From Candidatus Thorarchaeota archaeon (lineage in GTDB: Archaea; Asgardarchaeota; Thorarchaeia; Thorarchaeales; Thorarchaeaceae): 64,000 nt of DNA. This document shows positions 30,894 to 39,920 of the stretch, piece after piece. Under the pieces are notes generated by a model. It worked only from the letters and a program-made list of their open reading frames with translations. It ran no database searches and had not been told where the DNA came from. Position numbers and translations under genes: made by a program. How positions within the stretch are numbered: the first letter of the stretch is position 1; every line of letters begins with the position of its first letter. Location: the NCBI GenBank assembly GCA_048882325.1, contig JBHLRS010000009.1, forward strand, positions 40,901-104,900, written 5' to 3'.

Positions 30894-32717
30894 ATGTGTG
30901 GAATAATTGCTGTAGTACAAGAACGCGGTGTTGTAGCCCCTTTTCTACATCAGGCGTTAAAACGTCTAGAATACAGGGGTTATGACTCAGTGGGAGTAAC
31001 TACTATAGCAGATAATAAACTGCACACCAAGAAAGACAAGGGAAAGATTGAGGAAGTTCACAATCGCCTTAATCTCGATGAGATGCCAGGACTTATCGGG
31101 ATTGGTCATACTCGTTGGGCTACTCATGGAGCACCATCAATGTCAAATGCACACCCACATTTTGATTGTGAGGACAAAATTGCAATAGTGCATAATGGTG
31201 TGATTGACAATTTCATGGAACTCAGAAAAGAGCTGAGTGAGGGAGGTCACAGATTCAACTCCGAAACTGATACTGAAGTAATCCCTCACATGGTTGAGGA
31301 CTATATGAAAGATGGGTTGAATCTGACTGAAGCTATCAAAGAAGTTGCCAAGCGTATTGAGGGAACATATGCCATAGTAGCAATGTCAACCAAAGAAGAC
31401 GGTAAGATTGTATGCACACGTGATGGAAACCCCTTGGTTATTGGGACCAAATCTGGAACCTCATATGTTTCTTCTGACATTCCTGCGTTCTTACCAATGA
31501 CAAATGACATGATTCTGCTGCTTGATGGAGAAATTGCAACTCTAACGACGAAAGGTGTGCAAATTGAGAAACTGTCAGATGGTTCAGTAGTAGACCGAGA
31601 GTCTATCAGGATTAGTTGGACCGCTGATCAGGCACAAAAGAGTGGATATCCTCACTTCATGTTGAAGGAGATACATGAGCAACCTGATGCCGTCAAGAAC
31701 ACGCTTAGGCTCCCAGCAGCAAGTATCAGAAGCGCAGCTGAGATAATCAAAGAATCGGAAAATGTGTACCTGTTGGCAATGGGTACTTCAGGCCATGCTG
31801 CACAAGCAGGAAAACATATGTTTGCATCGCTTTCAGGCATACTACCATCCTTCGTACTGGCAAGCGATTTCCCAGATACGGTGTATGGAGCACTAACTGA
31901 GAGGGATTGTATTATTGCTATTACACAGTCAGGCGAAACTACAGATACCATCACTGCTGTGAAATATGCCAAACAATATGGTGCAAAGATAGTTACGATT
32001 ACAAATGTTGTTGGTAGTTCAATAACTCGTCTTGCAGATCACACAGTGATAACTCAAGCCGGTCCTGAGATAGGCGTCGCTGCTACAAAGACCTTCATGG
32101 TTCAGCTAACTTCTCTCGCACTGATTGCTCTAGCATTAGGAGAATTGAGTGAGTTCAGTGATTCTAAAGAGATACTAAGGAAACGTAGATTCTTGGATGC
32201 ATTACCCGAGCTCATTTCAGAAGTCATCTCAAGGAATGAAGAAAAGGCTCGACGTTTGGCATCGGTCTTGTATGAGAAACCAAGCCTCCTCTTCTTAGGA
32301 AGAGGAGTATCAATATCCACCGCTGAGGAAGGAGCATTAAAGCTCAAGGAGATTGCATACAATCATGCAGAAGCATACTCCGCAGGGGAGTCTAAGCATG
32401 GACCCATTGCACTTGTTCAAAATGGCTATCCAGTCATTTTCATTGCTCCTTCAGATGATACGAGAAATCGAATTGTTGGCAATATCATGGAGATGAAAGC
32501 AAGAGGAGCAACCATTATTTCTGTGATTCAGAAGGATGATGATGAGATTGCTGGTTTGTCAGATCATGTGTTTGCAATTCCAAAAATAGATGAACCTGAG
32601 TTTTCGACTATGCCATACATTGTTCCATTGCAGTTATTCAGTTATTACATGGCTTTGAGAAAAGGGTATGACCCTGATAAGCCACGTAATCTTGCCAAGT
32701 CAGTCACCGTTCTTTAG
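30894..32717 (+). CDS. glmS: Glutamine--fructose-6-phosphate transaminase (isomerizing)
   Basis: MCGI, LEYRGYDS, GHTRWATHG, PRNLAKSVT. Confidence 0.97.
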   Translation: MCGIIAVVQERGVVAPFLHQALKRLEYRGYDSVGVTTIADNKLHTKKDKGKIEEVHNRLNLDEMPGLIGIGHTRWATHGAPSMSNAHPHFDCEDKIAIVHNGVIDNFMELRKELSEGGHRFNSETDTEVIPHMVEDYMKDGLNLTEAIKEVAKRIEGTYAIVAMSTKEDGKIVCTRDGNPLVIGTKSGTSYVSSDIPAFLPMTNDMILLLDGEIATLTTKGVQIEKLSDGSVVDRESIRISWTADQAQKSGYPHFMLKEIHEQPDAVKNTLRLPAASIRSAAEIIKESENVYLLAMGTSGHAAQAGKHMFASLSGILPSFVLASDFPDTVYGALTERDCIIAITQSGETTDTITAVKYAKQYGAKIVTITNVVGSSITRLADHTVITQAGPEIGVAATKTFMVQLTSLALIALALGELSEFSDSKEILRKRRFLDALPELISEVISRNEEKARRLASVLYEKPSLLFLGRGVSISTAEEGALKLKEIAYNHAEAYSAGESKHGPIALVQNGYPVIFIAPSDDTRNRIVGNIMEMKARGATIISVIQKDDDEIAGLSDHVFAIPKIDEPEFSTMPYIVPLQLFSYYMALRKGYDPDKPRNLAKSVTVL

Positions 32718-32759
32718 GTCTTTAAATCACACTGAACAACAAGATAGTGTGTGAAACCA

Positions 32760-33008
32760 ATGTGGCTGTATTCGATTCTTAGTCCGCTGACCGACTTCGC
32801 GAGCCTGATAGCTGGCTATTTCATGGAGATATGGGATTTCTTGATCTTCATTGGAAATATCTCAGCCTTTGTAGTGGTTCTAGTTGGTGCAATTCTGTGG
32901 TTTACTGGAGTCAATGAAAAAAGAGGTAAGGGGTTGGTGCTCAGCGGCATTCTCTTAGCAATCATCGTTCAATATTTCGTATTCTACCCACCATCGTTTG
33001 TCCTATAA
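32760..33008 (+). CDS. Small two-helix membrane protein (VirB2/TrbC pilin-like pattern)
   Basis: Two hydrophobic helices separated by GVNEKRGK. Confidence 0.55.
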   Translation: MWLYSILSPLTDFASLIAGYFMEIWDFLIFIGNISAFVVVLVGAILWFTGVNEKRGKGLVLSGILLAIIVQYFVFYPPSFVL

Positions 33009-34217
33009 TAGCTCTGAGGCAATGATTGTAATAGTATCTACAAGACGGTCTATGTCATCTTGCGAATTGTAGCCATGAATCGATGCTTGGATCAGTCCTT
33101 CATCTGCAATTGCCTGAACAAGAGGGTGTGCGCATATTATGCCGCTTCTCACAGCGATGTTAGACTCATCTAGGAATAGTGCTACATCATGACAACTAAT
33201 CCCAGCATCAGGATTGAGGTTGAATCCGAAGATAGTGCTATTTTCATCAGGCGTACCATAGAGTATGAGGTCATCTATCTCAGTGAGCCTTTGAACCATG
33301 TATCTTGAGAGCTTTGCAAGGTGTTTGACCAAGCCCTGTGATTTGAGCCGGATTAGATAGTCAAGAGAGCTATTCAGACCTGCAATAGCTGGTAGATTGA
33401 GAAATCCTGGTTCAAACTTGTCTGGCTGTAACGCAACCTCAAAAGATCCATTTTCCACCTTAGTGACTGAAGAGGCACCCAGGATACCTGGTTTGTGAGC
33501 TTCACCAATGGATTTGTCAATCCATTGAACAGCTAGTCCTGGGGGTCCCATGAAACCTATGTTGCCTGATAGAAGTAGAATGTCTGGCCCAAGTTTTGTT
33601 AGTTTTTCATTGGTGAGTCCTGCTGAACGAGTGGCATCTGTTATCAAAAGCGCATTGCTCTGATGAACAATATCTGAAACTGTCTGTATTGGATTACGGA
33701 TGCCCGGGCCCGGCGACACATGACTGACTGCTACTAGACCGGTGTTGTCATCCACACTCTTCTCTAATTCATCAATCCGTAATGTTCCCTTTTCATCAAT
33801 TGGGACTATGTCTATCTCTAATCCTAAGACTTTAGCTGACCGAAGTAATGAAACAAGAATTGAGTTTTCCTCGCTCTGTCCTATCACAAGTTTGTTCTTC
33901 CCGCTAGTCTTCCAGTCAAAACCATATACAAACGATGCAACAGCTGAAGAGATTGACTTCTGAAATGAGATCTGAGAACTATCAGTTTCCAAGAAGGTTG
34001 CTAGTTTTTTCCTAGTTTCTTCGACAATAGCTCCACCTTTCACAGCAAGACGATGGGCTCCACGACGTGCGGAAGCTACCACTGAATCAAGAAAAGAACT
34101 CGTCGCAGAAACAGCCACACGTGGGACAAGCGTCGTGCTCGCGGAGTCGAAGTATGCCAAGTCTGGCATGTTATCATAGACTCCAAAATCGTGCTTTATA
34201 TCAAAGTCATTAGACAT
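33003..34217 (-). CDS. SufS/class V aminotransferase homolog lacking the PLP-binding lysine
   Basis: AYFDSAST, KFEPGFLN and RSGIICAHPL retained; SGHK replaced by SGNI. Confidence 0.85.
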   Translation of the reverse strand: MSNDFDIKHDFGVYDNMPDLAYFDSASTTLVPRVAVSATSSFLDSVVASARRGAHRLAVKGGAIVEETRKKLATFLETDSSQISFQKSISSAVASFVYGFDWKTSGKNKLVIGQSEENSILVSLLRSAKVLGLEIDIVPIDEKGTLRIDELEKSVDDNTGLVAVSHVSPGPGIRNPIQTVSDIVHQSNALLITDATRSAGLTNEKLTKLGPDILLLSGNIGFMGPPGLAVQWIDKSIGEAHKPGILGASSVTKVENGSFEVALQPDKFEPGFLNLPAIAGLNSSLDYLIRLKSQGLVKHLAKLSRYMVQRLTEIDDLILYGTPDENSTIFGFNLNPDAGISCHDVALFLDESNIAVRSGIICAHPLVQAIADEGLIQASIHGYNSQDDIDRLVDTITIIASELL

Positions 34218-34261
34218 GATTAGTATTCATGTGATGAGCGACTTTAATACCATGCTATACA

Positions 34262-35257
34262 TTGGCCGCAGTGATTGTAGTGAGTATAGAACTTGTTGAA
34301 GGTTACTTCATCATCACTGTTGACAATCTCATCTTTGAGGTCAAGGGCATAGTTCATCCTAGAAACCGCGTTGTTGCATACCTTCGATATGTTCCAACTT
34401 CTAGTGGGTATAAGAAAATCTATGATCTCAATGAGAGAGAATCCTATCTTCAGAAAAACTACCCGTCGTATCTTTGGTTCAGTGAACCTCACGGAAGAGT
34501 GATACAGTCTGTATCCAGTGATAAAATCAAATCAATACTAAATCCTGTGGATTGTCTGAAAAGCCTTCAAAACCGTGTTGGAGATATATCAGACCTTGAA
34601 GAGTCTTCCGTGAATCTCGCTGAGAAACTAATAGAGTCAACAGGGATTAGATGGTCAGATATAGGTATCACAGGATCACAGCTTGTGGGAGTTGCAAAGA
34701 AGGACTCCGATATTGATCTGGTAGTTTTTGGCGAGAGAGCTTGCCGGAAGTTTTACTCAGAGCTATTTCAGGCAATAACAACAATTCCAGGCGTGACACG
34801 CTATGTTGGTTCATTGCTTGATGAACATGTTTCCTTCAGATGGAAAGCGCATACAAAGTTGAGACCTATTCTTCGTGAAATTGAGCACGCGAAAATCTTG
34901 CAGGGTATGTTTGGAGGTTATCACTTCTTCGTGAGACTAGTCAAGACTCCAAAGGATTTTGATCAAGTCTTTGGTGATTTGTCATTTCAGATGAGAGGTC
35001 AACAATTTGTTTCAGGTTCAGTGATTGAAGACAGTGAATCTATGTTCACACCGTGTGAGTATCTGGTTGTGTGTGATGAAATACCAAATCTTAGGAAACT
35101 CGTAAGCTATCGAGGTCGGTTTACTGAGCAGGTTTCAAAAGGTGCATCGTTTCAAGCGCAAGGAAGACTCGAGTTGGTTAGAGATCATAGGGAGAATGAT
35201 CAATACTTACAGCTTGTCTTAGGTGAACTCCCAACTGACTATCTGATTCCCACTTAG
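34262..35257 (+). CDS. Predicted nucleotidyltransferase (COG1665-like)
   Basis: FEVKG..HP...AYLRY, IGITGS and SDIDLVVFG motifs. Confidence 0.8.
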   Translation: MAAVIVVSIELVEGYFIITVDNLIFEVKGIVHPRNRVVAYLRYVPTSSGYKKIYDLNERESYLQKNYPSYLWFSEPHGRVIQSVSSDKIKSILNPVDCLKSLQNRVGDISDLEESSVNLAEKLIESTGIRWSDIGITGSQLVGVAKKDSDIDLVVFGERACRKFYSELFQAITTIPGVTRYVGSLLDEHVSFRWKAHTKLRPILREIEHAKILQGMFGGYHFFVRLVKTPKDFDQVFGDLSFQMRGQQFVSGSVIEDSESMFTPCEYLVVCDEIPNLRKLVSYRGRFTEQVSKGASFQAQGRLELVRDHRENDQYLQLVLGELPTDYLIPT

Positions 35258-35260
35258 GCT

Positions 35261-35700
35261 TTCACATCTTGTTCATATTTACATTAATTCACACATAGTT
35301 TGTGTGAATGGCGCCTTTATTGTGAACACTCCGGGAGAAACGGGCCTCTTATTGCCTTAATAACAGAATGAAGGCATGATATGTTCTATGATACCTGTGA
35401 ATGGACACACCCCTTCGTTTCCTGTGGAAACAAGAAAGAAGACATATGAAATGGTTACATCCTCATTCACAAGAATCATAGATTAGTGAATGGTGAACAG
35501 GCTGGAGAATACCGTGTTTTCAGTGAAAAAAGCGTTCATATTGCTCTTTTATGGTCAAGAAGACCTGACAGGACGTCAGCACAGCAAAAACGAAGCGGAC
35601 GAGTTCTATATGTGTACAGACACACTATGTAGCTCTTATCACTGTATACATAATTCACATACTCACACTTATTTGGAATTTGACTCTACTTCATTGTGAA
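35261..35700. promoter_or_regulatory. Intergenic array of 11 GTGAA/TTCAC motifs with one full ORB (35410-35433)
   Basis: Motifs counted by eye; CCCCTTCGTTTCCTGTGGAAAC is an ORB with G-string on the minus strand. Confidence 0.6.
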
Positions 35701-35727
35701 TAGTCAATAGTATCGGAGAGAATTGGT

Positions 35728-36357
35728 TTGACAAGTGAAGACAGGACTAACTATGTGTATGAGTTCACATACAGTTCCGCACCAGGTCTTCGTGAAATAT
35801 TCCAGTGTAAATATGTCAGACCAGATGAAGCACTTAACAGGTTCAGAAAGATCCTCGCACTAACCGAGTCTCCTTTTGATTTCAAGATTATAGTTTCTGA
35901 TGAAACGATGGGTGAAGAATCTAGTTTTCAAGTGAAGGGTGGTAGTATAGAGGAGATGTTCGTCAAGTTCAAGGTTTTTCTAGAAACTAGTACAGGCTTT
36001 GTCTTTAAGCCTATCAGTGAAGAGGCCGCAGAGGTCGGGATGGAAGACATCCGATTTGAGTCTATGAGCAATTATGACAAGATGCAGGTGATAATTTACG
36101 CTTCTTTCAAACATGGAAAGTTCTCCTCCCTTGATGTCACTGAGATTTATCAGGACTCGTTCAACGAGGATTTGCCAAAGAGTACGGCATCTACCTACTT
36201 GGCCAGAATGTGGAATAATGGAAAGGGTCACCTGGAACGTTATGGAAACCGCTCTGGTTACACATATCGTCTCAGAACAGAGATTGCAGAAGTTCAGAAA
36301 GAAACAGAAAGAGCTGAAGAACTTCTCGCCGCGATACAGATGAGAGTAAGAGATTGA
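35728..36357 (+). CDS. Protein with C-terminal winged-helix DNA-binding domain
   Basis: FSSLDVTEIYQDSFNEDLPKSTASTYLARM...LERYGNRSGYTYRL. Confidence 0.75.
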   Translation: MTSEDRTNYVYEFTYSSAPGLREIFQCKYVRPDEALNRFRKILALTESPFDFKIIVSDETMGEESSFQVKGGSIEEMFVKFKVFLETSTGFVFKPISEEAAEVGMEDIRFESMSNYDKMQVIIYASFKHGKFSSLDVTEIYQDSFNEDLPKSTASTYLARMWNNGKGHLERYGNRSGYTYRLRTEIAEVQKETERAEELLAAIQMRVRD

Positions 36358-36397
36358 ACTAGGTCACTGAAGACCCAATTCAAACCCATGATGGTCA

Positions 36398-37714
36398 TTA
36401 TAGGTCAAATATCTTCTCATCCAACTTAATATCTAGCGTTTCAAGTTCTTCGAGAATTGGTTCATAGATTTCAGGGATAATAGGTCTATGAACACCAGTC
36501 AAAGCAATCTTCCCCTCAAGGATCATTTTGCTGGCGATTGCAACTGGGAGAGCTACAGTCCTGGACATCGAGCTATCCCCATTTGGAATGCCGTAATCAA
36601 TGAGAGTCGAAGTGATTTTCTGTTTCTTGTCAGGATACTCAGCTATGAACTCGTGATGCATGACTATCATGTCGCGTTCTCCTGGTGCATACTGTAATTT
36701 TTCTTCGAAAAGGTTACACAGAGCATCAAGAACTGTGCTGATTCCTGAAGGAATCTCATTGTCTTCAAACAGGCCTAGCCATTCTAAGCGTGTGATAATT
36801 TGATCACTTGGATCAAGACCACAGGCCTTGGCAACTGCAGACTTCACATCAGAATCACTTGTCGATGTTAATTCACGCATTAGACCAGCATATGTCATTC
36901 CAGCAAAGGATCTTTCTTCTATATCGAGAAGACCCAAGTCTGCAATCTTGTCAAGCGTTCCACACCATCCGACATTCCTGAATGTACCACGAAGCATTGT
37001 GTCTGTTTCAGGGATATTGTAGATGTCTATGTAGGAAAGACTATCTCGATTTGGATATCCTTCAAAAGTACCCATTCCAGGGACTTCCATCAGCTCACAG
37101 TTTTCAAATAGCTCAGGGCCAGGAATCCTAACTTCTTTTCCATCACGCAAGAAATGTGCATCATTGCGTCCTGCCAAGAGAACCCCCCTGGGACTCCAAG
37201 AGAGTTTGTATCCGTATGGATTATTGTTCGCATCTGGAGCAGGAAGACCCCCCGTGAATGAAGTGAAGCTTACAATCTTTCCACTGTTATTGTGGACATC
37301 ATCAATGATTTTCATAGCACTCATATGGTCGATACCTGGATCGACTCCACATTCGTTTAAAAGAAGTATACCAGCATTCTTTGCATCATCTTCGAGTGCT
37401 TTCATTTCATCCGAGATATAGGATGTTGTGCAGAAGTGGGTCCTGTGTTTGATTGCTACTCTGGCAGCCCTGACATGGTATGTGTAAGGCAATAAAGAAC
37501 AAACAAGATCTGCCTTCTCTGTAAGCTCTTCAAGGAGCTCGTAATCTTCTGCAATGTTGAAGGCTACTGCCTCTGCATTCTTGCAGCCCTCAATTAGACG
37601 TTCGGCTTTGCTTATAGTACGGCTCGCAACAATGACATGAAAACCATTGTCTGAGAGATATTGGATGTATGGACGGGCGACTAAGCCTGCGCCCAGACAC
37701 ACTATTTTCTTCAT
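36398..37714 (-). CDS. Saccharopine dehydrogenase (LYS9/AASS SDH-domain type)
   Basis: LGAGLV, TTSY, GVDPGIDHM, GYKLSWSPRG, EGYPNRDS, RGTFR. Confidence 0.92.
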   Translation of the reverse strand: MKKIVCLGAGLVARPYIQYLSDNGFHVIVASRTISKAERLIEGCKNAEAVAFNIAEDYELLEELTEKADLVCSLLPYTYHVRAARVAIKHRTHFCTTSYISDEMKALEDDAKNAGILLLNECGVDPGIDHMSAMKIIDDVHNNSGKIVSFTSFTGGLPAPDANNNPYGYKLSWSPRGVLLAGRNDAHFLRDGKEVRIPGPELFENCELMEVPGMGTFEGYPNRDSLSYIDIYNIPETDTMLRGTFRNVGWCGTLDKIADLGLLDIEERSFAGMTYAGLMRELTSTSDSDVKSAVAKACGLDPSDQIITRLEWLGLFEDNEIPSGISTVLDALCNLFEEKLQYAPGERDMIVMHHEFIAEYPDKKQKITSTLIDYGIPNGDSSMSRTVALPVAIASKMILEGKIALTGVHRPIIPEIYEPILEELETLDIKLDEKIFDL

Positions 37715-37725
37715 TTGTTGTCCTC

Positions 37726-39018
37726 CTATTGGATATATTGAGTGAGATATTGATAGTTCTCTGTTAGTTTACCTTGGTATACGATAATGGCGTCTTTGAG
37801 CTCTCGGGGTAGATTGAGTTCTGTGAACTTAACAGTAAAGTCAGCCTTTGCTAAAGCCGGAATGAAATCAAGGAGTGTTTCACTGAATGACATAGATGAT
37901 TCACGTGGAAGCTCGGCTGGTAGATTGTCAACTGCCATCACGACTGGACCATCGCCTATGACACCTAGTTTGGCTTGGTCCTCATCAACTATGTAGGTGA
38001 ATGCTGGTTTGTCTGGTTTTGTACAGTTTAGAGTGAACTCAATTGCACCTTGTATGTCACAGGATATGTCTCCTACAATCTGGAGTCTTCGGGATTCTTG
38101 TTTCCAATGGTGCTGAATGAACTCCTTCGTTACTAAACGAGGATACTTGTCAGACCAATAAATGCAGTTCATCAACACAGTGATGTATGGAATGTATTTG
38201 TGGAATACTCCAACATACTTTGATTTTCCATTCTTGTAGTAGTCTTGGAGGTCAAACTGTTGAGAAGTATCTCGAGGTTCAACCATATGTTCCTCCTTGA
38301 AAACACACTTGTAGATTATTTCTGAATTAGGAGAAACATCTTCGATTTCTTCAGGATCAATATCCTTGTGTGGAAGAATATCGAATATCTCTTGAGCTCC
38401 CCTTGACACGTTGCCATAACCAGCGAAGCCAATCACAAATGGGTTGATTTCCTTTGGAAGCCCTTGTTCTTTAATTCGTTTACCAAGAGCAGCGAACTCC
38501 TGTTTTACTTGTTCGACTCCTCCAAGTTCAAGTGTTGGTTTCATCTCCGCAAATGGATTTGGTTTTATGCCTAGACTCTCTAGGCGTTTACCAAGCATGC
38601 GAAATGTGTTGGATATCCCAGCCATGCCGGCCCAGTTTCCAAAGAATATTAATCTTCGACCTTTTTCATCAACGACTCGTTCATAGTCAATCAATGTCGC
38701 TCCAATATCCAAGATCCGTTTGAGCATGGGCATATTGTAATCCTGACCTTTGATAGTATGACTAAAGAATACGTAGACAATATTCTTCTCGAAGAAATCA
38801 ATTGGCATCTCCTTGATACCCAGTACCACTGGTGTGTTGGTACCTTTTAATGGTAAAACATCTGCTTGATACTCGTCTTCCTTGAAAGCGCGCTGATTGC
38901 TTGGTTCGATCACAAATTCAATGCCATATCTGTCATGTAACAGCTTTGCATGATCAGGTACAACTGGAACTCGGGTTTCGTATGCTTTCTCCTCTTTTCT
39001 AAGACCAATCCGGTTCAT
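37726..39018 (-). CDS. Lysine-ketoglutarate reductase (AASS LKR-domain type)
   Basis: FFSHTIKGQ..NM, LIDYE, GNVSRGAQE, DISCD, VDNLP. Confidence 0.88.
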   Translation of the reverse strand: MNRIGLRKEEKAYETRVPVVPDHAKLLHDRYGIEFVIEPSNQRAFKEDEYQADVLPLKGTNTPVVLGIKEMPIDFFEKNIVYVFFSHTIKGQDYNMPMLKRILDIGATLIDYERVVDEKGRRLIFFGNWAGMAGISNTFRMLGKRLESLGIKPNPFAEMKPTLELGGVEQVKQEFAALGKRIKEQGLPKEINPFVIGFAGYGNVSRGAQEIFDILPHKDIDPEEIEDVSPNSEIIYKCVFKEEHMVEPRDTSQQFDLQDYYKNGKSKYVGVFHKYIPYITVLMNCIYWSDKYPRLVTKEFIQHHWKQESRRLQIVGDISCDIQGAIEFTLNCTKPDKPAFTYIVDEDQAKLGVIGDGPVVMAVDNLPAELPRESSMSFSETLLDFIPALAKADFTVKFTELNLPRELKDAIIVYQGKLTENYQYLTQYIQ

Positions 39019-39133
39019 TGATTGACCTCCTGGTCAGGTGCAGACTGTATGCATTGGTGAGGTCGTGGGCCATGCTTCTCCTGCTTTAACCTTTCTCTCT
39101 CGGCCAAGATTGTATTACTAGAACTAAAAATCA

Positions 39134-39831
39134 GAACACGTGTTCTTCAAAGTGTTGATTCACATGACTTCGTACTTGTATCTGTATGACTGTCAACATG
39201 CTAGACGAACTAACGCAAGACGTGTAGCATTCACGAAGGAGCTCTATGGATACTATTACACTTGGAGAACAAAGTCTGGAGTCAAACAGAAACGTCGACA
39301 AGGTCTCTTAGACGAGTGTCCAGGTTCTGAAGCTGTTGCAGATTCAGCCATCCTTGTTCCTTCCGAACATCGAATAGTTTTTGATACACTGTTCAGGACG
39401 TATGATGATATTCTCAAGTTGAAGATCTTCGAGGTTGTCCAAGAGATAGAGTGATGTGTGAATCTTCGAACACGTGTTCTAATATTTATTACATGTATTA
39501 CAATTGATAATCTTCTGGATCTCACTCTTTCATTTCCACTGGAACTCTTTCTTGTGTCACTTATTTCCACTGGAACACGTGTTCTACAAACAATTGGACC
39601 CCCTTGTTTCCACTAGAGATTATTAACAACTATCTAATCGGTTAAATATCAAAAAATATATATAATCGTTTAAAGAGCTGACTTTTATCTCCATTTTTTT
39701 AATGCATAATAATACCCGCTGCAAAGATTCTCCATAAGATCTCTCGAGTGGAAGCCAAGGGGTCTTATCCAGACACTATTTTAAAGAATACAGGGACGTG
39801 ACGAGCGTAATATTCACTAGAACACGTGTTC
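39134..39831. repeat. Four perfect 12-bp palindromes GAACACGTGTTC (39134, 39468, 39573, 39820)
   Basis: Read directly from the sequence. Confidence 0.95.
39164..39454 (+). CDS. Small Cas2/VapD-like (ferredoxin-like) hypothetical protein
   Basis: YLYD...RRVAF.KELYGY...GLL...SAILVP pattern; fold assignment is inferred. Confidence 0.55.
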   Translation: MTSYLYLYDCQHARRTNARRVAFTKELYGYYYTWRTKSGVKQKRRQGLLDECPGSEAVADSAILVPSEHRIVFDTLFRTYDDILKLKIFEVVQEIE

Positions 39832-39900
39832 CAAATGTAAAAATCACTTTGTCCAGTACCACAAAACTGATACAGTTCGCATATTTCCACCCGAAATACC
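39481..39900. other. oriC: Putative replication origin: ORBs flanking an AT-rich DUE
   Basis: Minus-strand ORBs GTTCCAGTGGAAATGAAAG (39525-39545), GTTCCAGTGGAAAT (39563-39576) and CTCTAGTGGAAACAAGGGGG (39599-39618); plus-strand CTCGAGTGGAAGCCAAGGGG (39743-39762); AT-rich 39619-39720. Confidence 0.75.
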
Positions 39901-39920
39901 CATACGCGGAGGATCAGTGA

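Noticed and set aside
39134-39831. CRISPR array suggested by repeats next to a Cas2-like gene
   Set aside because: Repeats are 12-bp palindromes at irregular spacing (334, 105, 247 bp); no spacer periodicity and no other cas genes
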